DNA of 64,000 nt. It comes from an uncultured archaeon (GTDB lineage: Archaea; EX4484-52; LFW-46). The stretch covers positions 3,425 through 67,424 of the forward strand of contig CABMCT010000031.1 in NCBI GenBank assembly GCA_902384675.1, read 5' to 3'. Under the pieces are notes generated by a model, which was not told the origin of the DNA, made no database searches, and worked only from the letters and a program-made list of their open reading frames with translations. Made by a program: the position numbers and the translations under genes. Below are positions 9,452-18,601 of this stretch, piece after piece; within the stretch, counting starts at the first letter, position 1; every line of letters begins with the position of its first letter.

Positions 9452-9724
9452 CGAGCCTGGAGGGATCTTCAGCGGCTTCGGATAGTATTCTGTGACATCA
9501 ACTTCGTTGATGTCGCTCGTTTTTCTCTTTCTACCCGGATTTCAAACCATTCACCAACCGCTTTGGGTTGGAAAGCTTACCAATCGCAATTGGCATGATT
9601 TGTCTATCTCTTTTTGGAAAAAAGAGAAAGAAACCGTTTTTGAACCCCCGACCCCTGGCTTAGAAGGCTTACACGGAATATTTGCATAATCCACAGTGCT
9701 CTATCCAAGCTGAGCTACAGGCCC
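9452..9724 (-). tRNA. tRNA-Arg(TCT) with two non-canonical BHB introns (9669-9693 at 29/30; 9466-9638 at 59/60)
   Basis: Spliced product GGGCCTGTAGCTCAGCTTGGATAGAGCACTGGCCTTCTAAGCCAGGGGTCGGGGGTTCAAATCCCTCCAGGCTCG folds as a cloverleaf; both intron junction pairs form 4-bp helices with 3-nt bulges. Confidence 0.92.
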
Positions 9725-9762
9725 GTACTCCTTAATTATTGCAGAAAAAGAATTTAAAGAGA

Positions 9763-10035
9763 TTAATCCGCCTCAATAATTGCCCCGAACTCTTTCGCAA
9801 TCCTCTCGGCATCCTCCTTTGTCTTAATGTTCTTTGCCATTATTTTACCGCTTTTAAACAGCGTAATTTCGGAATCAGGCGACTTTAGGAGCAGGACTTC
9901 CGGAGTTTCAACACATACTTCGAATTTTGTGCCCTTGAGCTTCTGTATTATGCTTTTGAAATCGACTTTGCGCAAGCCGTCGAAATTTATCACAAAAACA
10001 GTCCCGCCTGCGCAGGGTTTGACGACGAATGACAT
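9763..10035 (-). CDS. Small alpha/beta hypothetical protein
   Basis: 90-aa ORF with TLFKSGKI motif. Confidence 0.65.
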   Translation of the reverse strand: MSFVVKPCAGGTVFVINFDGLRKVDFKSIIQKLKGTKFEVCVETPEVLLLKSPDSEITLFKSGKIMAKNIKTKEDAERIAKEFGAIIEAD

Positions 10036-10040
10036 GTGTA

Positions 10041-10286
10041 TTACCTTCTTAGATTTTTAAGAAACTCTTCTTTATCAATTCCTGCCAAATCCAATATGCC
10101 GAGTAAGGTCCCGATTTTGACTTCCTTATGCATCGGAACAACAGTAACTTTCTTTTGTTTACTTAGGGTATTTTTTAGAATTACATGACTCCCGCTCTGC
10201 CTGATGGCCTCAAAGCCGAAATCTTTAGCAAGAATCTTAACTATTTCCTTTCCTGAAAGCTTAGGCAAGTTCGACACTAATAGCAC
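10041..10286 (-). CDS. hicA: HicA family toxin
   Basis: LPKLSGKEIVKIL...RQSGSH...VVPMH...GTL. Confidence 0.9.
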   Translation of the reverse strand: MLLVSNLPKLSGKEIVKILAKDFGFEAIRQSGSHVILKNTLSKQKKVTVVPMHKEVKIGTLLGILDLAGIDKEEFLKNLRR

Positions 10287-10479
10287 CTACCGTTTTAATG
10301 CTTTTTAATTCCTCTCTCACTTCAGGCATTTCTTCAAGATAAAGCTCTACTGCCTCTTTTATATTTGCCATGGCTTCTTCTATTGTTTTTCCTTGCGTGG
10401 TTACGCCGGTAATAACTTCCTTGATAACATACATGTCTTCTTCTTTCCATACGACGGTCTGCAATTCCATAGAATACAT
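10261..10479 (-). CDS. hicB: HicB family antitoxin
   Basis: TQGKTIEEAMANIKEAVELYLE, adjacent to hicA. Confidence 0.9.
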   Translation of the reverse strand: MYSMELQTVVWKEEDMYVIKEVITGVTTQGKTIEEAMANIKEAVELYLEEMPEVREELKSIKTVGAISVELA

Positions 10480-10575
10480 TTGGCTTGGAAGAATTTAAAG
10501 GTTTAATATATCTGTTAATGATATATAAAGGAAGGAAAAGGCGGGGTTAAGAGCAATGCGCTTCTAATCCCAATT

Positions 10576-10893
10576 TCATAGCTTATTGTAACCGATTGCT
10601 TCTATCAGTTTGGTTTCCCTTACAGTGCCTCGGGGCTCGTCGTTATATTCTTTGACAAGTATTTCTTCTGCTTCTTTGCTTCGGGTGTTGCCCAATGCGG
10701 CTATCGTCGTTAGTTTCCTTGCACTGCCTCTTGGTTCCTCTTTATAGGCACCAATAAGAAGCGATTCTGCTTTACCGCATCCAGTTTTACTCATGGCATT
10801 CATGATAGTCTTTTCTCTTTCACTACCTCTTGGCTCATCCTTGAATTCTTGGATGAGCTTTTTGGTTGCTTCTACATCACATCTGTCGCCCAT
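10576..10893 (-). CDS. Small HEAT-like tandem-repeat protein
   Basis: Three repeats of about 34 aa, each containing (D/E)EPRG(S/T)xR. Confidence 0.7.
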   Translation of the reverse strand: MGDRCDVEATKKLIQEFKDEPRGSEREKTIMNAMSKTGCGKAESLLIGAYKEEPRGSARKLTTIAALGNTRSKEAEEILVKEYNDEPRGTVRETKLIEAIGYNKL

Positions 10894-11313
10894 AATTCAT
10901 TCCTTATTTTCGAGGTGGACCAATCCTCATTGTGAGTCCAAGTCGTTCTTCATTCTTTTGCTTAATCCTCAAAACCTCCGGTATCGCAGAAATCCCAAAA
11001 AATTGCAATTTCAGAAGTCAACAGTTACCGATGAACATTTGTCTTTTTGATGTCTTTTGTTTATTGTAGTTGTTTTACCAGCTGCAATAAGACGCCTGCA
11101 AGAAATGTTGTGTTTTGAGGAACATTAAGCCCGAATATATCTGTAGAACTAACCATAGCCAACACCTATCCCTTTTTTAGAATTGTAATTACATTTATAA
11201 ATCCGCGCGACCAACAACTAGATATATTGGCGCTTTTTTTCTGTAAATTTTGCAAAAATGTTTCTTTTCAATTGTTTGATTGCTTTATAGAAATGCCATT
11301 AAAGTTACTCTTT

Positions 11314-11646
11314 TTAGACAACTCGCGGCCCCTTGAAAAACCCGTTCTCCTTATGCTTCGTATTAGAAAGCGCATCTTCCTGCGAAAGGCACGGCTCAAC
11401 CAGGTCTTCGCGAAGGGCATTCTTAGTTTCAATCGGCTGGAAAGCAGGCTCTACGCCGTCTGTTTTTGCCTTATCCAGAGTACTAAACGCTGAAAGAATT
11501 TCCTTCATGTCCTTCTCAAACTTCTTTTTCTCGGCTTCGGAAAGCTGGAGCCTTGCGACTTTTGCGACCTTTTCAACAATCCGTTCACTCACTTCGTTCG
11601 TTCTCGGCTTTTGAGAACTCTCTTCTCTCAAAATCAATTCGGGCAT
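11314..11646 (-). CDS. gatC: Asp/Glu-tRNA amidotransferase subunit C; N-terminus overlaps a repeat copy
   Basis: VAKVARLQLS...LRED...FFKGPRV. Confidence 0.9.
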   Translation of the reverse strand: MPELILREESSQKPRTNEVSERIVEKVAKVARLQLSEAEKKKFEKDMKEILSAFSTLDKAKTDGVEPAFQPIETKNALREDLVEPCLSQEDALSNTKHKENGFFKGPRVV

Positions 11647-11654
11647 AATCTACT

Positions 11655-13040
11655 TTAGTGCTGGAAGTTTAAAAAACCGAAATCCTTTTTTTGTTTTTGG
11701 GGCACGTCAAACAAGTAGTATTTGCTAAACTGCTTTACAATGCTATCCAGCTCGCGCCCGTTTTTTGCAAGCAGTTCCATTACCTCGCTATATGCTTCTA
11801 TTGCGCCCCTGTTTGATTCCTCCCAGTTTATCGCCTCTACGCGCGGCGCTTCTGTATCAACAGGCATCAATGCGTCTGCGTTCTTTTTTGAGAACTCCAG
11901 GACTAAAGGAACCAAAACAGACACAGGGCACGTTTCCTCTATTTTCTTGTAGTGATTCTCTATCGAGTCCTCTGCACTACGGTAGCCCTGCCCTAAACTT
12001 TGGATTTCCTCAAGCATTCCAAAATATTCCTGTCGCTCCTCCACAGACGGTTCAGTATCCGCAATGCTTTTTTCAAAATCTTCCAGCGCCCTCATTTTTT
12101 CCCTGAATTCTTTTCGGCGTTGGGTAAACTCATTTTTGCAGCTTTCCAGCACCGGGTTTTCACTAAATCCGGTGAATTCAGCGTCCTCTGCCTTTGAATT
12201 CTTCATAGCCCTTATTTCAGGGTGTGTGTAAGCATCGATAAGAGCGAGCTCAATTGCGCTGTCAAACTCAAGGGCCTTCAGATACAGCGCCTTGATACTA
12301 TCCATTGACTGTTTTGAAAGCTCATCTTTTTCTGCTTTGCCGGCTTCTGCAAGCGCTTTTACGGCTTTGTCTGCAATAACTGCGGTCTTCAGTTTCAGCA
12401 ATACCTCGTTATACTGCTTAAGGGAATCTTCAAGAGCCGCACGCGCTCCGTCGTAGCAGAATTCGGGATATGCTTCGAATATGGCGTTTACTGTTGTCCT
12501 GTTTATCGCATGCTCTTTGTATATTTCTTTGAATCCCTCGCCGTACGCCCAAAAAACTCTTGCAAGCTGCACGTCGCTTATTTCGCTTCCTTCAAAGAAA
12601 GGCCTGGTATCGGCGCAAAGCCGCGCGTTTTCCGGTGATATAAGGAATTGCTTTTTGGCTTCTATGCTGCGCCTGATAGCCTTTTTGACTTCTTTTTTGA
12701 GCGCGTCCGCTGCGTCTTTGTAAGTGATGTCGGCTTTATCGTACTCCGGGTCGAAGGTTCTGACCGATTCATAAAGCTTTTCTTTTGGGATATTTCCGCC
12801 CCGCAAGCCGGACAGCCACTCTGACATATTTATTGCTTTTTTAACCCATTTGAAGAAGCGATAGTTACAGTCATTTTCCAAATAGTTCCCGTTTTCGGCA
12901 CGCTTCACAAAGTCTTCTGACATTGCTTCAGGGTCGTAGTCTATCCAGCTTTCGGGATCTTTGCATATCTGCAGGTCTCTCAAAAAGCTATCCCTGCCTA
13001 CCATTGTTCTAAAACGCCGCAGCGTATCGTTATAGTTCAT
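11655..13040 (-). CDS. Helical/coiled-coil hypothetical protein
   Basis: 461-aa ORF, E/K/A-rich. Confidence 0.75.
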   Translation of the reverse strand: MNYNDTLRRFRTMVGRDSFLRDLQICKDPESWIDYDPEAMSEDFVKRAENGNYLENDCNYRFFKWVKKAINMSEWLSGLRGGNIPKEKLYESVRTFDPEYDKADITYKDAADALKKEVKKAIRRSIEAKKQFLISPENARLCADTRPFFEGSEISDVQLARVFWAYGEGFKEIYKEHAINRTTVNAIFEAYPEFCYDGARAALEDSLKQYNEVLLKLKTAVIADKAVKALAEAGKAEKDELSKQSMDSIKALYLKALEFDSAIELALIDAYTHPEIRAMKNSKAEDAEFTGFSENPVLESCKNEFTQRRKEFREKMRALEDFEKSIADTEPSVEERQEYFGMLEEIQSLGQGYRSAEDSIENHYKKIEETCPVSVLVPLVLEFSKKNADALMPVDTEAPRVEAINWEESNRGAIEAYSEVMELLAKNGRELDSIVKQFSKYYLFDVPQKQKKDFGFLNFQH

Positions 13041-13794
13041 ATCAAATCAAAAAGTACACAACCCGAAGGTATAGCGTCAATCTATGTCTTAAACAAAAAC
13101 AAAGACAGTAAAACAGAAATAAACGGGTCATCAGAAAGTTAGGTTAAAACGTGCACAGGAGCGTAGAATCATTCCCTGCAATTATTTGCCTGTTTTTTTA
13201 GTGCAGATTGATACATACATGCTTCTAACACAGGCGGACATGTGCCAAGAACTTGGATTTGCGGTTAGAAACTGCATGCGTAACCCTAGGCTATATTGTG
13301 TGTTTAAACTATATAAAGCTTTTCGACGATTGTCTATTTAAACGTAGTGATATGCCACATGTGAGTAACTATTAAAAAGTTATGAGCAGGTCATTGTCAT
13401 GTTTTTCAAAACAACTTTATTCATAAAATATACGGTTTTTTCTTTAATCTGATTTATGTCTTTTAGACGTAGTCAGGTCGAGGCATCGCGAATATAATTC
13501 GGGATGACAAAAAAGCCGGTGACGAGAGACACAGTAGACGCTGTGGGTAGTTCTACTTCTAGATTACCACGGCTGAATTGTCTTTGGTCAATTACAATCA
13601 TACCATCTGATGAAACGGAAGAAAAACGTCGAGGGGATGGTGCACGAGCAACGCCGTGCGAGCAATTTATTGCTCATGAGAGTTGCCAAAAGTATGGAGG
13701 CAAAGTATTATGGAGAGAACCAGTTTGGTAAAAAAGAGGTTTCAAAACCTCGGAGTCGAAAGTGACAGCTGCGGGATAATTGGAGGCGGTATAG

Positions 13795-13935
13795 ATGGCG
13801 GAGAAATCGGGTTCTGAACCAGAGATTGACAAGACCTCAATAATTGCTCGGTTCGAAGAACTTTCGTCGGAAAAACAAGAAGCGCTCAACGCGCAGGTTG
13901 AAATCGTGGCGGAAAAGGAAGGCAGGATAATTTAA
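13795..13935 (+). CDS. 46-aa acidic small protein
   Basis: GGAGGCGG RBS; MAEKSGSEPEIDKTSIIARFEELSSEKQEALNAQVEIVAEKEGRII. Confidence 0.55.
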   Translation: MAEKSGSEPEIDKTSIIARFEELSSEKQEALNAQVEIVAEKEGRII

Positions 13936-14020
13936 CTGCAGTTCTGTGTAATGGACGAAGCGCCCACTCCCTTTGTCCATTACTTTTTTACGATGATAAA
14001 TAATTAACAGGAGGTGAAAC

Positions 14021-14095
14021 ATGAAGCAAAAAGGAAGAACTGGGAGGACTAAAGATAGGATAAGCCGAAGAAACCGATTAGTGAACCACGGTTAG
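14021..14095 (+). CDS. 24-aa basic peptide
   Basis: Perfect GGAGGTGA RBS; MKQKGRTGRTKDRISRRNRLVNHG. Confidence 0.4.
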   Translation: MKQKGRTGRTKDRISRRNRLVNHG

Positions 14096-14149
14096 TCGCG
14101 AGCTTTCTTTCTTTTAATTTCTTAATTTTTCCTTTTTTTACATTCATAA

Positions 14150-14760
14150 CCCACTCAAGGGTTTTGAAGCAGGCGAAGTAGTGGCAACGTCTTCTTTAAA
14201 TAAATCCACTTTGGGCGCCGCTGTTCTTAGCAAACAATGCCTTTTTAGGGCATCAATTAGGACGGCGGCAAACAGTTTTGCAGTAACTCTTTTTTCTCTA
14301 AAAAAGAGGGGATGGACAGTTGTGGAAAAAAGTGACGGCAAGCGGTGGCGTTTGCCGGAGGTAAAATATGCGAGCTATTCAAGGAATACATAACAAGCGG
14401 ATCGGTGGATCCGGTAAAGAATCGTGGAAATATGGTGGAAACCGAGGGGATTCAAATGCAGGCAGTTGGCGACCTTTCTAGCGGAGAACTAGGGGGTGCT
14501 TTGGGACAAAATCCGCTCTTGCGGATAATAGCCTATGCGGAGCGTAAGGTTATTGACGGTATACGCGGATTGGCGTTGCGCCTAGGGCTCTATGTCGAGC
14601 CAGAGGAGCGACCTATACTCACTGCCGTTCGTATACCTGATGTGGTGACGTTCCAAGGCATTAGAAGGTCTTGCGTGGTTAAGCGCCTTCTGGATCCTTT
14701 TGGAAGAATAGTTGAAACATACTATCTCTTTTCAGGAGGTGCATCCTCCCCTACTTTTTT
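14150..14760 (+). ncRNA. Candidate structured RNA (dense hairpin array) ending in oligo-T
   Basis: About 10 adjacent hairpins with + strand G-U pairs; T7 at 14755-14761; a 37-aa ORF with RBS at 14368-14481. Confidence 0.5.
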
Positions 14761-14768
14761 TCTCTTAT

Positions 14769-14848
14769 ATATCATTATCAGATATTAGTGAAACATCTTT
14801 AAATATTCTCCTCCCCATAATTGTCTTAAGTCCTGCTGTTTCGTCTTT
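14769..14848 (+). promoter_or_regulatory. Operator-like inverted repeat, TATA box and conserved 27-nt leader
   Basis: ATATC-N7-GATAT, CTTTAAATA, TGTCTTAAGTCCTGCTGTTTCGTCTTT; near-identical architecture at 18402-18477. Confidence 0.65.
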
Positions 14849-14868
14849 CGTCGTGATTCGTGATAACT

Positions 14869-15432
14869 ATGGTCCGCCCGCCAAAGGAAGTAAAAGACCT
14901 GACAAAGCGCTATATCAAGCCCGATGAGGTTTATCGGGAACTTGAAGAGCGACCTGAGCCGCGCTTTCTTGAGGAGCCGGAGGAAGAGTATCTCGAGAAG
15001 GAGCCAAAGGAGAAGATAATTAAGCTCCGCGAGCGGGAGACGCTTCCAAGGGCAGAGGATGAGGAGATAAAGTCCCTGCAAAGGGTGAGCCCGCAAATAA
15101 TCGGAAACCTGTTTGACCGTGTGCGGTTTTTAAGCGAGAGGATAGCGGAATTAAAGGCCGCAATCGAGGAGCGAAAGCGGGTAAATAAGGAAATACTTTC
15201 GGAAATAAACGAGGATATCCTGACAAGAAAGGAATTCATGCGCACTCTGGCAGAATTGTCGGACAAGCGGGATTTTATGCTTGATATGTCCCTTCTTGCG
15301 CGGGAAAAGCGAAAGGAAAACGTGCAGTTCTGGCGCGATTTATTGGAAATATCAACCGAATTGCGCGAATTGCAGGAACAGTGGGAGATGGAAAGCAAGA
15401 TTGCATCGATATTTAACTCGATTAAGAGTTAA
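14869..15432 (+). CDS. Coiled-coil hypothetical protein
   Basis: E/R/K-rich heptad pattern with FWRDL motif; GTGA RBS. Confidence 0.8.
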   Translation: MVRPPKEVKDLTKRYIKPDEVYRELEERPEPRFLEEPEEEYLEKEPKEKIIKLRERETLPRAEDEEIKSLQRVSPQIIGNLFDRVRFLSERIAELKAAIEERKRVNKEILSEINEDILTRKEFMRTLAELSDKRDFMLDMSLLAREKRKENVQFWRDLLEISTELRELQEQWEMESKIASIFNSIKS

Positions 15433-15488
15433 ATAGCTGAGAGCGGCAGCGAAAGGATATTTGATTCTATCAATACGAAGTGATTCCT

Positions 15489-15686
15489 ATGGTCGTAAGC
15501 ACAAAATATGTCGGGTACAGGGGCCTTTCGTACTGCATATATTGCGATATTCGCGACAGGGTGCAGAAGGCAGTGCGCAGGCTCATCAATCGCCTTAAAG
15601 GAAAGAAAGAGGAAAAAACACGGCAGAAAAAAGACCTCGGCTACAGGCGCTGGATGAAGACCGAATGGGGAGGAGGAGAAGTGTAG
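15489..15686 (+). CDS. Small basic protein with CxxC
   Basis: GTGA RBS; CIYC; K/R-rich. Confidence 0.55.
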   Translation: MVVSTKYVGYRGLSYCIYCDIRDRVQKAVRRLINRLKGKKEEKTRQKKDLGYRRWMKTEWGGGEV

Positions 15687-15885
15687 GCATTGAGAGGCAA
15701 TTGCATTGTACAGCCTACAATTCGACGACGAGTGAGGAGGAGAAGTATGATTTCTTTGTGCATAGCTTTATTGAGTACAAATCATATTTCGATTGGAGGC
15801 GAGGTATAATGGGATTGTACGTAGAGCTCATTGAAAACCATTGTACTGAGCCGATTGGTGGGGAAGTATAGATAATCATAAAGCT

Positions 15886-16521
15886 CTATTCGCTCTTTAG
15901 CTTTTTCAAAAGTTCGGCCTTTCTTATCTTAAATTCCCTTTGATTGAGCCCTAAATACGCTATATTTTTGGGGCTAAATGCGGTTATTACCTTTGATAGT
16001 TCTCCAGAGAGGTGAGGCAGTCCATACTTTTCCAGAAGCGCGCGATATTTTTTGAAGTCAACATCCACACTCAAAACCAAAGTCATTATATCTATCGCGT
16101 CTTTTTCGCCCTTTATACTCCCACGCCTGTCAATTTCTGCCGCCTGTTTTAATATAAGCAGGGCTTCCGGGATAATCACGTCAATGCCTTCCAGTTTTGT
16201 AGAGCAGTTTTTCAAATCTTGGAGCGGTATTACAAATTTTGAAAAAAACGGCACGTAAATATCGATATCTATCTCGTCGATTTTTATCTCATATTTTCGC
16301 AGTTGCTCGTTTTTTCGTAAGTCATAGTGCTGTTTCAGATAGTCAAGCGTCTTAAAGTCCTTCAAAACAATGTCGATATCTTTCGATTTATGCGCCTTTG
16401 TCCATAGAAACGCAGCCCACCCGCCGATAAGAATGAACTCAAACGGGAGCATTTTCAAGTCTAAAAGAATCTCCCAGCTTCTTCTTGTTACCATATCGCT
16501 CCAAAACTCCTTAATGGCCAT
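15886..16521 (-). CDS. Nucleotidyltransferase-fold protein (AbiEii-like toxin)
   Basis: LIGGWA...SKDIDI motif; overlaps its upstream wHTH partner. Confidence 0.75.
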   Translation of the reverse strand: MAIKEFWSDMVTRRSWEILLDLKMLPFEFILIGGWAAFLWTKAHKSKDIDIVLKDFKTLDYLKQHYDLRKNEQLRKYEIKIDEIDIDIYVPFFSKFVIPLQDLKNCSTKLEGIDVIIPEALLILKQAAEIDRRGSIKGEKDAIDIMTLVLSVDVDFKKYRALLEKYGLPHLSGELSKVITAFSPKNIAYLGLNQREFKIRKAELLKKLKSE

Positions 16522-17095
16522 GTATTTTCGCCTCCAGCGCCTTCAAAAAATCCTTTGCATACCACTCTTTTATATTCCAGAGGTCGGCAAAGGTCTGGCC
16601 GATTGTCGTTACGCTTCCGTATTTTTGAATATTCTTGTCTGCATTCAATACAAATAAGTTCGGCGGGTTTCTTGATGCGGGAAAACGCTTCTTAATTTCC
16701 GAAATATCCCGGGAATAAACATATACTTCTGAATAATCTGCAGGAACGTCCTTAAAAGCGAACTTATACGCAGAATACGCTGCAAAAACAGTATTTGAAG
16801 GCAGTAATTTCTCAATTTCTGAAACAGGCAGCTCAACGCGCGTGGAATAAATGATATCTCTTTGCAGGTTTCTGATATTCGCCCAGTAATACAGGATTTT
16901 TTCAATGTCGGTTACTTTAAAACCGCGCGCAAGAACCGCTATTGCGCCCATGGCCCTGAGCGGCCTTAGCGCATAATTGACAACGCTTATTGATATTCTA
17001 AGATTTTTGGAGAGCTCAAGCTGGGTAAAAGTGTGGCGCTTCTTCTCGATTGCCTGATAAAGCAATTCGCGATAAATCTGTTCTATGATTCTCAT
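16511..17095 (-). CDS. Winged-helix protein (AbiEi-like antitoxin)
   Basis: FTQLELSKNLRISISVVNYAL HTH; QTFADLW C-terminal motif. Confidence 0.7.
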   Translation of the reverse strand: MRIIEQIYRELLYQAIEKKRHTFTQLELSKNLRISISVVNYALRPLRAMGAIAVLARGFKVTDIEKILYYWANIRNLQRDIIYSTRVELPVSEIEKLLPSNTVFAAYSAYKFAFKDVPADYSEVYVYSRDISEIKKRFPASRNPPNLFVLNADKNIQKYGSVTTIGQTFADLWNIKEWYAKDFLKALEAKIHGH

Positions 17096-17415
17096 AAGTT
17101 TCTAATTATAAACTTTTGTATTTATAAATGTTTCTAATATATTAGAAACTCTTAATTTCTCTTTAATATGTAACCTTTTCTCAGTAGCAAAGATTTATAA
17201 GTATGGATATTCTAATAGTAGCGGGCTTTAGCGCTTCAATCATTTTCCTACAAACATTCCAATAAAGAACGAAGTCTTTGCTACTTTGTTTCCAAATGCC
17301 TTTGGGCTTTGGTTTTTTTGAGCCTCTGGCAAGAGAAAGACAAAACAGGTAGCTGGGCTGTTGTTTTCTGAATGTGATGTGGGAAGCGGTCGCATCATAC
17401 GCGCAGTAAGCGAAG

Positions 17416-17583
17416 ATGCAGGAGATAAAAGTGGAATTAAGAGAAAAGTTAGAAAAAACCCTCGTTCTTCTTATCGGCGGCATTCTATTTTGGATAGTCT
17501 CAAAAGGAGCATATGCCGTACCTTTAGTGATTCTTGAATCATTGGCCATAGGATGGCTATGGCTTATAAAAGGAAGGAGGTGA
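17416..17583 (+). CDS. 55-aa two-TM membrane protein
   Basis: MQEIKVELREKLEKTLVLLIGGILFWIVSKGAYAVPLVILESLAIGWLWLIKGRR; below the ORF-track cutoff. Confidence 0.6.
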   Translation: MQEIKVELREKLEKTLVLLIGGILFWIVSKGAYAVPLVILESLAIGWLWLIKGRR

Positions 17584-17589
17584 CAAGCG

Positions 17590-17736
17590 ATGAAGCATAA
17601 CATATTTACAGCCGTTTGGCTTGTATTGACTGGAGCGGTCGGGTACTTTACCTTACCAGTTCTCGGTCACGCAGCGATTTTCCCTACGGGTATATTCTAT
17701 GTTGCAGGAATCCTGGTGGGAAAGAACATACCGTAA
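17590..17736 (+). CDS. 48-aa two-TM membrane protein
   Basis: GGAGGTGA RBS; MKHNIFTAVWLVLTGAVGYFTLPVLGHAAIFPTGIFYVAGILVGKNIP. Confidence 0.65.
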   Translation: MKHNIFTAVWLVLTGAVGYFTLPVLGHAAIFPTGIFYVAGILVGKNIP

Positions 17737-17752
17737 TAAGGAGTAAAGCAAT

Positions 17753-18367
17753 ATGAAAAAAATAGAAGCCCTGTTATCTTATTTTCTTTTGTTCATTCAA
17801 AAGAAAATTGAACCGATTATGAAAACAAATATTGTCTCTTCCTTTATTTCGTTCACACGAAAAAAGGAGAAAGAGATAAGAAATATAGAACGCCCTTCAC
17901 AGAGAGCAATTTACGCCATACTATTTGGCGTCATTGCTGGAAGTCTATTTGTGATGGAATTTGCGAGAGAGTTGAGCAGCAACCACGAGACTTTAACAAA
18001 GTTTATATGGCTGGATGCTATAGTTTACGGATACCTGTTTCTTTTTGGGGCTACCCCTACCAGTGCATTTATGTATCTTTGGGTACTTCCATTTATATCT
18101 AAATTGAAGAGACCCAAAACATGGAATCCTCTTGAATGGGTTTTGGCACTAATGGAAACAAGCGTGTTCTGGTTCGTTTTAGTTCTGCTCATCCTTCTTC
18201 CCGTTTTCGGGACCGCTGTGTACAGGCTAAGGGTATTCGGATGGGCAGATTATGCAGCCAATATGCTGTTATTGATTAGTGCAGGTGTCTTCGGTTTTCT
18301 TGTGTGGTTATTCGCGCAAGAATCAAAATGTACTAGTACATCTTCATGCGAAAGTTCTATAATTTGA
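17753..18367 (+). CDS. Multi-TM membrane protein
   Basis: About 4 hydrophobic helices; AGGAG RBS. Confidence 0.7.
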   Translation: MKKIEALLSYFLLFIQKKIEPIMKTNIVSSFISFTRKKEKEIRNIERPSQRAIYAILFGVIAGSLFVMEFARELSSNHETLTKFIWLDAIVYGYLFLFGATPTSAFMYLWVLPFISKLKRPKTWNPLEWVLALMETSVFWFVLVLLILLPVFGTAVYRLRVFGWADYAANMLLLISAGVFGFLVWLFAQESKCTSTSSCESSII

Positions 18368-18401
18368 GGCAACTGCCCATTTCTTTTTTATTTTCTTAAC
18401 T

Positions 18402-18477
18402 ATATCATTATAAGATACTTTTAAACCTTTAAATACCTCGCGCGCCAATATGTCTTAAGTCCTACTGTTTCGTCTTT
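18402..18477 (+). promoter_or_regulatory. Second copy of the operator, TATA box and 27-nt leader
   Basis: ATATC-N7-GATAC, CTTTAAATA; leader 26/27 identical to 14822-14848. Confidence 0.65.
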
Positions 18478-18601
18478 TGTGAGGATTATATTTTCGCTCG
18501 CAGCATAGTTTGATGACGAAAAATCCGTCGCGACACCTTATGAACCATTGATTGTGTCGCTTTCGGCTTTTAAATCCAATGAATATGGGGAATGATTTAA
18601 A

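Larger units (their letters stand above)
13430..14140 (+). ncRNA. Candidate structured RNA carrying two small ORFs
   Basis: Contiguous hairpins with + strand G-U pairs; 10-bp long-range helix 13433-13442/14067-14076; pyrimidine tract 14103-14140. Confidence 0.5.

Noticed and set aside
13600-13645. CTGATGA suggesting a hammerhead ribozyme
   Set aside because: Stem II is followed by GAGG rather than GAAA, and no stem III or cleavage triplet is evident; it is a simple ACCATC/GATGGT hairpin.
17181-17603. 140-aa minus-strand ORF
   Set aside because: Antisense to small + strand membrane ORFs that have good RBSs.
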